The notes under the pieces are model-generated. The model ran no database searches. It saw only the letters and a list, made by a program, of their open reading frames with translations, and was not told the origin of the DNA. A stretch of 64,000 nt of DNA from Mobula hypostoma (Eukaryota): positions 8,122,001 to 8,186,000 of the forward strand of contig NC_086101.1 in assembly GCF_963921235.1 (NCBI RefSeq), given 5' to 3'. Every line of letters starts with the position of its first letter. Position 1 is the first letter of the stretch. Shown one piece after another: positions 49,695-59,381 of the stretch. A program made the position numbers and the translations under genes.

Positions 49695-50195
49695 CAGTAC
49701 TGTCTCTCCCGCAGGGTGGTGAATCCTCAGTACTGCCCCTCCCACAGGGTGATGTACTCTCAGTACTGCCCCTCCCACAGAGTGATGTACTCTCAGTACT
49801 GCCCCTCCCACAGGGTGATATACCCTCAGTAATGTCTCTCCCACAGGGTAGTGTACCCTCAGTACTGCCCCTCACACAGGGTAATGTACAGTACTGCCCC
49901 TCTGTCAGGGTGATGTACTCTCAGTACTGCCCCTCCCACAGGGTAATGTACAGTACTGCCCCTCTGTCAGGGTAGTGTACCCTCAGTACTGCCCCTCACA
50001 CAGGGTAATGTACAGTACTGCCCCTCTGTCAGGGTGATGTACTCTCAGTACTGCCCCTCCCACAGGGTAATGTACAGTACTGCCCCTCCTGAGGGTGATG
50101 TACCCTCAGTACTGCCCCTCTCACAGGGTGATATACCCTCAGTTCTGCCCCTCCCACAGGGTGATGTACCCTCAGTACTGCCCCTCCCACAGGGC
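49695..50195. repeat. 33/29-bp minisatellite in PTGES intron 1
   Basis: Unit cagtactgcccctcccacagggtgatgtactct, with a shorter variant ...gggtaatgta; about 15 copies. Confidence 0.93.
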
Positions 50196-50954
50196 AGCGC
50201 ACCAACAGTAACCGCTCTCCCAGTGGCTCTCCCTCAGTACTTCTCCTGCGGTGCGGCCCTCCCTCACTACTGCCCGTCTCGCGAGGAAGTACTCCCGCCT
50301 CCGAAATGGGGTGTTCTTGCTGTAAGGTTTTATGGTGGGTGGGAGACCAACATTAGGTGTACTGAGTTGGAGTGCGGAACAAAGAGACGGGAAGTATACC
50401 CACTAAATTCCAGCTAAGAACTGAAATAATATGAAAAAGTCTAATGCTTTTCAGAAAGTCAAATACATGTTTATATACATTGCAATAGCAGTGACATCGT
50501 AACAAACCTTCCATGTTAAATTGTGTCTGTCCCAAAGATGTCAATTTCCCAATTAGGTGTTTCCTTTACACCTCATAGGAACTGCATTCAAACAATGTAT
50601 GCGATATTATTTCTTGACAAGTGCACTCCCTGCAAATGCCTGTATCATGCACCTTAATTCTGAACATTTCAATTGGGTTGTTACACACATCAAAGTCGCT
50701 GGTGAACGCAGCAGGCCAAGCAGCATCTGTAGGAAGAGGTGCAGTCGAGAGACCCTTCGTGGGTTGTTACTTGTGTTTGTGTTTAATATTCGGTGAAACT
50801 GTCCGCTCAGTGTCCTCGCTGTGACTTCCTTTGTGGATCTCAGCTCTGGTCCAACAGTGTAAACCCCCAGAAAAGGAGAAGAGGGAGGGGTCAGTTATTT
50901 TTGGAAAGACACAGCCTCATACCGGACCGGATTAATCCCCACTCTTTCCCGCAG

Positions 50955-51037
50955 GCTTTTGCCAATCCCGAAGACTCCTTGAGACACGGAGGCTTGAAGT
51001 TTTGCCGGACCGATGCAAATGTGGAGCGCTGCCGTAG
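50955..51037 (+). CDS. PTGES: PTGES exon 2 (83 nt)
   Basis: AFANPEDSLRHGGLKFCRTDANVERCR(R); acceptor actctttcccgcAG, donor AG|GTAAGG, phase 0 to 2. Confidence 0.97.
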
Positions 51038-51273
51038 GTAAGGTGCCAGGATGTGGTGGCCGCGGTAGTGTGTTTCATGCTCTGACACTGCTTTGAAGTT
51101 TGCTCGCTCAGGTCTGTACATAGCTCCAGACCTAGTTCCGCTGTCTCCCATCAGATCAAGGGCAATGCTGATGGTGTTATCCCAGTGTTCCCCAGGGGAA
51201 CTAATAAACACAGTGGCAGGATGGGTCCACACACTCTTGCCCTTGTGTTCTGCTGTGTTTCACCCGAGCCTAG

Positions 51274-51509
51274 TGATGCACCATCAATAACTCCAAAAGA
51301 CTGGAAGTAGAGTAAATACTGAAAGGCTTTTATTAGCAGTAAAATGTGACCTCCAGCATGCTGAGTGTCTGCCCCTGGACTGAGAGGAGGAGCCATGGCA
51401 CAATCGCCTTTATTCAGGGGCCTATGGGAGGAGCCACAGGAGCAGTCAGCAGAGGGGCGTGTCCAGACAGATAACCCAGTTACAACATATATATATATGG
51501 TTTACCACA
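51274..51509 (-). mobile_element. Solo LTR (236 bp) in PTGES intron 2
   Basis: The minus strand reads TGTGG...CATCA, with internal AATAAA motifs and a TATA-like run; flanks cctag / actag (5-bp TSD, 1 mismatch). Confidence 0.7.
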
Positions 51510-51549
51510 ACTAGAAGAATACTTTAAGCCTTTCATTCCCAGATATAGA

Positions 51550-53290
51550 GTCATGGAAAACTACAGCAGAGAAACAGTCCTTCGGCCCATTTAGTCTACA
51601 CCGGACCAGTTTAACTGCCTGCTCACATTGACCCACACCTGGTCCATGCTTCTACCATCAATGTACCTATCCAAACAGTTCATAAATGTTGAAATCGGAA
51701 GTGCTTCCAGAACTTTTGCTGGCAGCTCATTCCACATGCTTACGACCCTCGGAGCAACAAAAGATCAGAGGGTTGAGAGTGTGATGTTCCCCTTAAACAT
51801 TTCACCTTTCACCCTTAACTCATGATCTCTAGTTGTAGTCCCACCCAGCTTCAGAGAAAAAAGCTGCTTGCATTTACTCTGTCTATACCCCTAATAATTT
51901 TGTAAACCTCTGTCAGATCTCCTCTCACTGTTTTACATTATGGGGAATAAAGTTCTAACCTATTCAACTTTTTTTCTTATAACTCAGTTCCTCCTTGTAA
52001 ATTTTCTCTGTTACTCTATCAATCTTATTTACATCTTTCCTATAGGTAGATGTCCAAAACTGCACACAGTACTCCACATTAGGCTCAGCAAAGTCTTATA
52101 TAACTTCAGTTGTATCAGACGTTGTGGAATATGCAGCTTTTGATGTCTCTGGGCCTGTGCTTCATAGAGATCAGAAAGAGTAGGTGAGGGTGGGGTGTCT
52201 CATTGAAACCTATTGGAATCTTAAAGTTTGAAGTAGGATTGGACATGGAGAGGATGAACATTGGAGATTTTGCAGATGCTGGAAATCCAGAGCAAAGTGC
52301 TGGAGGAACTCAGCCAGTCAGGCAGCGTCTATGGAAAGGAATAAGCAGCTAAAAACCTTCATCGAATCCATAGAGAGGATGTTTCCTTTGGTGAAAGAGA
52401 CTAGGATCTGATGGCACAGTGTCAAAATAAAGGGAGATGAGGAAATTCTACACCCAGATGGTGATGAATCTGTGAAATTCTTTATTGCAGAAGGTTATGG
52501 AGGCCAAATCACTCAGTGTATTTAAGGCAGACATTGACAGGTTCTTGATCAGTAACTGGGTTAAAGGATACTGGGAGAAGACAGGAGAATAGGGTTGAAA
52601 AATATCGGTCATTATTGAAAGGTGGTGAAGACTTGATGGGCTAAACGGCCTAAGTTGGTCCAATATCTCGTGGTTTTATTGAATCTGCCTTTTCCTAGAA
52701 TATCCACAGTTTATATATCTCAGGATGTGAGATGCTGTTCCTGTTAACCTTCTGAGCAGATGAAATCACCTCTGACTACAACACTACCGACACCCCAACA
52801 AAACAGCTCTATCCACCCCCTGCTGCTAATGGGCCAGAGGAGGTTCACAGAATGACTGTGGGAATGAAAGGGTTAACACGTGAGGAACATTTGATAGCTC
52901 TGTGCCCATGCTTGCTGGAATTTACAAGAACAAGGGGAAATCTCATTGAAAGCTGTCAAATATTGAAAGGCCTAGATAGAGTGAATGTGCAGAGATGTTT
53001 CCTATAGTGGGAGAGTCTAGGGCCAGATTCACAGCCTTTTTAAAACCAGATATTAGGAGGAGGTTTTTAGTCGTATGGTTGTGAATCTGTTAAATTAATT
53101 GCCACAGATGGCTGTGGAGGCCGTCACAAGGTATATTTAAAGCAGAGGTTGATAGGTTCTTGGTTGAAGTTTACAGGGAGAAGACAGGAGAATGGGGTTG
53201 AGAGAGAAAATAAATCAGGCATGATAGATGGTGGAGCAGACTCGATGGGCTGAACGGCCTAATTTTGCCACTATATCTTATGATCTTATG
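51550..53290. mobile_element. Cluster of CR1 3' fragments in both orientations, plus a Penelope-type tail, in PTGES intron 2
   Basis: Minus fragment about 51550-52100; plus fragments about 52130-52680 and 52830-53290; PLE tail at about 52260-52350. Confidence 0.75.
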
Positions 53291-53387
53291 GTTTAATTCA
53301 TACTGACACATTCTCTTCTTGCCAGGGCCTTGGAACAAGAATTTTAACTTCTCTGATGACTAACTCACCCTTTTGTAATTCCCACAG

Positions 53388-53637
53388 AGCTCACCGTAAT
53401 GACATGGAGTGCATCTACCCGTTCCTTTTCCTGGGTGTCGTGTACTGCCTGTTGGAACCTAGCCCATCCATTGCGAGGATCCACTTCCGCATCTTCTTCC
53501 TGGCCAGAGTGATCCACACTGTGGCCTACCTGTTCGCCCTGAAGGCTCCCACCAGGTCACTGGCCTACACCATCGGCCAAATGCCCTGCTTCTCCATGGC
53601 CCTGAAGATTTTGATCAATGTTGCCTCCTACTGGTGA
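53388..53637 (+). CDS. PTGES: PTGES exon 3 (coding part to TGA)
   Basis: AHRNDMECIYPFLFLG..ARVIHTVAYL..APTRSLAY..PCFSMAL; branch point gactaac, acceptor cccacAG, phase 2; total CDS 450 nt = 149 aa + stop. Confidence 0.97.
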
Positions 53638-55454
53638 CAGGCAAGAGCACGGAGCGTTCCCAGATGGCGTTCAGCATGCTACTGGCTGAGAGGAATGTTT
53701 AGGCTCCTGCAGCCCTCCTCCTCTGATGTCTGAGTATCTGACTGATGAGTCAAACACTAAACTCAAAGACCTCTCCAACGGACTACAGGCCCTAATTCAT
53801 GTCTATACTGGGAGTTCTTGTAGGCTGGACTGTGAATGCTTTCTATGTTTCAATAGAGACCTCAATTCACACTTGAATGTACAACCTAGAAACAGGCCAT
53901 TCAGCCCACCAGTCTGCTAGCCATCAAGTGCCCAGGTAGTCCATTTTCCAGTTGTCAGCTTTTTGCTTCAAGTGTTTATCTAGACTTTAAACTTCAGTTG
54001 GTGTGCTCCAGAGTTCACCCACCCTCCAGGTGGCAAAAGTTTTCTTCACGGGAAGTCAGACAGCATCTTTCCCAAGGTTGAACTGTATTTAAGGTGAGAG
54101 GGGATAACTTTAAAGGAGGTGTTACAGGCAAGTTTTTTTTTACACAGAGTGAGGTGGGTGCTTGGAATGCACTGCTCGGGGTGGTGGTATAGCCAGATAC
54201 ATTAAGGACTTTAAAGAGATGTATAGATAGGCACCTAAATGTGAGGGAAAATGGAGGGATATGAAAATTGTGTAGGCAGGATGAATTAGTTTAGTTGGCC
54301 ATTTGATGATATATTTATTTGGCTCAGCACAATATTGTGGGCCGAAGGGCCTGTTCTTGTTCTATGTTCATGTTCAAGGTCCTCTCTATGCCTCCTTGCC
54401 CAAAAGCAATGACTTCTGATAAGAAAGGCCACAGCTCAGGGAAATAGTCCTCACTATCCCGTCTATAACCCTAATAAATGTTCATACGTCCAGCAAATCC
54501 CAACCACCTGTCTCTTCCACCCTGAGTGAAAAAAAACAAACATAACCTATTGAGTGAAAGTCTAAATGAAAACTGTAGATTGCTGGAAATCTGCAGCAGA
54601 ATCAGAAAATGCTGGAAAATACTCAGCAGCTTAAGCTGCATCTGTGGGAAGAGAAACACAATCAATGTTTCAGATTGATCGTACTGGGTTTTGATGAAGG
54701 TGTCCATCGGAAATTTTAACTGCTTCTCTCACTACTGCCTGCTCCCAGCCAAATCCGTCTCTCCTCGTAACTGTAAGACTCCATCCCTGGCAACTTCTGC
54801 TGGATCTCCAGTGCAGCTAGTTCTTGGGGTTCTAGGTAGCAAGGATATTTTTATATAATCTCTTACCTTTAAAAAATAAGAACACATTTTTGCTGTTTTC
54901 TCGGTGGAGAGGATTAAGGAGAGATTTATAAATCTCAGTGAGTAACTAGCTGAAGGCGCAGGGCAGTTGGTACGTAGTGGACAACAGGAGAATGTAAACA
55001 AGTGGATATTTAACCCTCCCCCTTCGCTTTCATTGTTTACTTTCTTGATATGGCTGTCCAACTCATTGGAGATCAGGCCCCGTTGTAGCACCACCCACAG
55101 GAATCTGAACTGAGAATCCCACCTAATCAGGAAATAAAAAACGATGGAGCTCTTTTAGTCAACAACTTTAATGTTTCCTGATTCCTAAAGGTAGTAACAC
55201 AAGAGCTGGGTGGAATTAGCACCAGAAACCCCTAGCAAGTTGATTTTAGTTAAAATTACAACCCCTCCAGCCCAGCAGGAAATAAGTTCACTTGTAGCCA
55301 TGGCAGGCACCGCAGTCACTGTGTTGCAACTGTACTAAGTTAACGTTATTAATATTATGTTATTGATTTTTTGATAAACACAATGTCACTGTGTCATTCC
55401 CAGAAATATGTGATATTATTTATTGTTATTAATATTTTGTTTGCAAAGTTTGAC

Positions 55455-55460
55455 AATAAA
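55455..55460 (+). terminator. Candidate PTGES polyadenylation signal
   Basis: AATAAA at the end of an AU-rich tract, followed by GU-rich sequence; alternatives at 54473 and 55133. Confidence 0.35.
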
Positions 55461-55600
55461 ATGTTGTAAGGTTGTATTATGATGTTTATAATAATTAATA
55501 AATTAAGTTTTAGAAACTATTAACCACTTGTATCATTGCTGCTGGTATCCAGTGCTGGGCCCCACATTTTCGGAAGGGTGCTTAGGTCCCAGGAAGATAA

Positions 55601-55875
55601 ACTCAGTGGCCACTTTATTAGGTACACTTCTACACCTGCCTGTTAATGCAAATATCTAATAAGCCAATCACGTGGCAGTAACTCAATGCATAAAAGCATG
55701 CAGACATGGTCAAGAGGTTCAGTCGTTATTCAGACCAAACTTCAGAATGGGGAAGAAATGTGATCTAAGTGACTTGGACAGTGGAATGATTGTTGGTGTC
55801 AGATGGGGTGGTTTGAGTATCTCAGAAACTGCTAGTCCCCTGGGATTTTCATGTACAACAGCCTCTAGGGCTTAC
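55601..55875 (+). mobile_element. Tc1-like transposon 5' end (TIR + start of transposase HTH)
   Basis: cagtggccactttattaggtaca end; MGKKCDLSDLDSGMIVGVRWGGLSISETASPLGFSCTTASRAYR. Confidence 0.8.
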
Positions 55876-55879
55876 AGGA

Positions 55880-57545
55880 GGAATGAGTGCATGGATGAGG
55901 GGTTGAAATGGAGAAGCTGAGGCTGTTCTCCCTGCAGGGAAGGTGGCAAAAAGTTTAGGATGGGATTGGAAAAAGCCGCCACTGTGGACCGTGTACAAAA
56001 TTTGCAAAGGATGTAGCAGAGCCAGACACTGGAGGAAAAAAATGGAAGACGGAGTTGAATCCAGTAAAGTGTGAGGAATTGTTCTTTGGGACATCAAATG
56101 CAAAGGGAAAGTATAGAGTTAATGACAGGCACCTCAACAGCATCAATGTGCAATGGGATCTTGAGAACCAAGTACATAGATCCCCGGTTCTAGTATCGAT
56201 AAAGCAGTGGCTCATTGGCAGGAGGCAAAGAGTGGGAATAAAGGGAACTTTTCCTGCCTGCTTGCTGGTGACTAGTGCTGTTCCACAGGGGTCTGTGTTG
56301 GGATCGATTCTTTTTATGGTATACGTCAATGATTAGGTTGATGGAATTGATGGCTTGTTGCAATGTTTGCAGAGCAATGAAGATAGGTGGAGGGGCAGGT
56401 AATTATGAGGAAGTAGAGAGGCTCCAGAAGGACTTAGACAGATAAGGAGAACGGGCAATGAAATGGTGGATGGAATACAGTGTCACAAAGTGTATGGTCA
56501 TGCAATCTGGTAGAAGAAATTAAATGGTTGACTATTTTCTACTGTGCTCGGGCATGGCAGGGGGAGTTTTCTTCCTTCTCCTGTCTGCGTGAGATGTGGG
56601 ACTTTCGAGAAACGTTGAACTTTTTACTGTGCCATGGACTGTTCTTCATCAAGTTATGGTATTGTTGCACTGTTGTAACTATATGTTATAATTATGTGGT
56701 TTTGTTAGTTTTTCAGTCTTGGTCTGTCCTGTGTTTTTGTGATATCACACCGGAGGAATATTGTATCATCTCTTAATGCATGCATTACTAAATGACAATA
56801 AAAGAGGACTACGTGTCCTCATAATCTAAAAAAATAGAAATTACTGAGGTACAATGGGACATGGGAGCCCTTGTGCAGGAATCCCTAAAGGTTAATTGCA
56901 AGTTGAGTCTGTATTGAGGAAGGCAAATGCAATGTTAGCATTCATTTCAAGAGGACTAGAATATAAAAGCAAAGATGTAATGTTGAGACTTTATCAAGGA
57001 TTGGTGAGACCTTGCCTGGGGTATTGTGAGCAGTTTTGGGCTCCTTATCCTAGAAGGGATGTGCTGAAACTGGAGAGAGTTCAAAGGAGGTTAATGAAAA
57101 TGATTCCAGGATTATACAGCTTGTCATATAAAAAGAATTTGAAGGCTCTGGGCCTGTATTCACTGGAATTCAGATGAATGAGGGGTAACGTAATTGAAAC
57201 CTATCGAATGGTCAAAGGACATGATAGAGTGGATGTTTCCAATGGTGGGAGAGTCTATGACCAGAGGACACAGCCTCAGAATAGAGGGGCAACCTAAGAA
57301 TGGAGATGAGGAGGAACCTCTTTACCTAGCAAGTGGTGAATCTGTGGAATTGGCCAAATCTTTATATTATTTAAGGCAGAGGTTGATAGGTTCTTGATTG
57401 GTCAGGCCATGAAGGGATACGGGGAGGAGGCAAGAGATTGGGGCTGAGAGAAAAATTGAATCAGCTGTGACAAAATGGCGGAGCAGACTCAATGGGCCAA
57501 ATGGCCTAATTCTGCTCCTATGTCTTGTGGTCTTATGGTGCTATG
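55880..57545 (+). mobile_element. Mosaic of CR1 RT/3' fragments with a nested non-autonomous element (about 56536-56830)
   Basis: AVPQGSVLG, LAFISRGLEYKSKDVMLRLY motifs; the insert ends gaggactacgtgtcctcataatctaa. Confidence 0.8.
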
Positions 57546-59109
57546 GAATCAGAAAACCATTTTTGTTATAAAACTAAAGCGATTCTGAGATGAACTTCGG
57601 TCCCGGAACATTGAGAGCTTTAAAAACAACTAAGAGAACAATTAAATCAATTCTAAAGCAAACAGAAAGCCAATGCAGAACACAGCAAATGCATGTAGAG
57701 TATAGGAATGATATGCTGCCTCATCCTAAACTAAGCCTAATAGTCTAAGATTATTAAACCTAAGGCTTAATAGCTAAGTCTATTGGGGAGAGTTTAAACT
57801 AGAATCACTGGGGGGATGAGAACTGAACTGAAGAGATGGAGGAAGGGGCAGTTGGCTCACAAATTGAGAAAGACCATGTGAAAGGGAGGATAGGCAGATG
57901 ATAGAGAAGGGATACACTCAGACCGATGATTTGAGATGTGTGTACTTTAATGCAAGAAATATCACGAACAAAGCAGATGAGCTTAGAATATGGATCAGTA
58001 CTTGGAGCTATGATATTGTGGCTATTACAGAGACTCGGATGGCTCAGGGGCAGGAATAGCTACTTAAGAGTCCCAGGATTTCGATGTTTCAGAAAGAACA
58101 GGGAGGGAGGCAAAAGGGGTGGGGGCGTGGCACTGTTGATCAGAGGTAGTGTCACAGCTGCAGAAAAGAAGGAAGTCATGGAAGGATTGTCTACTGAGTC
58201 TTTATGGGTGGAAGTTAGAAACAGGAAGGGGTCCAGAACTCTACTGGGTGTTTTTATGGACCACCCAGTAGTAACAGTGACATTGAGGAGCAGATAGGGA
58301 GACAGATTCTGAAAGCAGGCAATAATAATATTGCTGTCATGATGGGAGATTTTAATTTCCCCAATATAGATTGGCATCTCCCTAAAGCAAAAGGTTTAGA
58401 TGGGGTGGAGTCTGTGAGGTGTGTTCAGGAAGGTTTCTTGACACAATATGTAGATAAGCCTACAAGAGGAGAGGCTGTACTTGATCTGGTGTTGGGAAAT
58501 GAACCTGGTCAAGTGTCAGGTCTCTCAGTAGGAGAGCGTTTTGGAGATAGTGATCACAATTCTACCTCCTTTAACATATCATGGGAGAGGGCTAGGAACA
58601 GACAAGTTAGGAATGTATTTAACTGGAGCAAGGGGAAATATGAAGCTAAAAGACAGGAACTTGGAAGCATAAATTGGGAACAGATGATCTCAGTGAAATG
58701 TACAGAAGAAATATGGCAAATGTTCAGGGGATAATTGCATGGTGTTCTGCATGGGAACGTTCCAATGAGACAGGGAAAGGCTGATAGAGTACAGGATCCA
58801 TGGTGTACAAAGGTTGTTGAAATTCTAGTCAAGAAGAAAAGAAGTGCTTACGGTAGATTCAAAAAACTAGGTAATGATATAAGCTAGAAGATTATAAAGC
58901 TAGCAGGAAGGATCTTAAGAATGAAATTAGAAAGAGCCAGAAGGGGCCATGAGAAGGCGTTGGTGAGGAGAATTAAGGAAACCCCCAAGGCATTCTACAA
59001 GTATGTGAAGAACAAGAGGATAAGATGTGAGAGAATAGGACCAATCAAGTGTGACAGTGGAAAAATGTGTATGGAACTGGAGGAGAAATCTGAGGTACTG
59101 AATGAATAC

Positions 59110-59381
59110 AACAGGAATTCTGCAGATGCTGGAAATTCAAGCAACACACATAAAAGTTGCTGGTGAACACAGCAGGCCAGGCAGCATCTCTAGGAAGAGG
59201 TGCAGTCATCGTTTCAGGCCGAGACCCTTCGTCAGGACTAACTGAAGGAAGGGTTCAGTTAGAAGGAAGAGCTCTTCCTTCAGTTAGTCCTGACGAAGGG
59301 TCTCGGCCTGAAACGTCGACTGCACCTCTTCCTAGAGATGCTGCCTGGCCTGCTGCGTTCACCAGCAACTTTTATGTGTGT
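59110..59381. mobile_element. 272-bp Penelope-type insertion with an inverted 5' segment and 14-bp TSD
   Basis: TSD tactgaatgaatac at 59096-59109 and 59382-59395; 109-bp inverted arms at about 59143-59251 and 59274-59382 with 3 mismatches. Confidence 0.88.
59286..59321 (+). ncRNA. Minimal type I hammerhead ribozyme (intact core)
   Basis: AGUC-CUGACGA-A-GGG UCUCGG CCU-GAAAC-GUC-GACU: stem I AGUC/GACU, palindromic ACGU stem III, predicted cleavage after C59317. Confidence 0.8.

Noticed and set aside
53356-53637. MGST1 as the identity of the MAPEG gene
   Set aside because: FANPED..RHGG, AHRNDME.IYPFLFLG, the PxRS motif and the 83-nt exon 2 match PTGES rather than MGST1.
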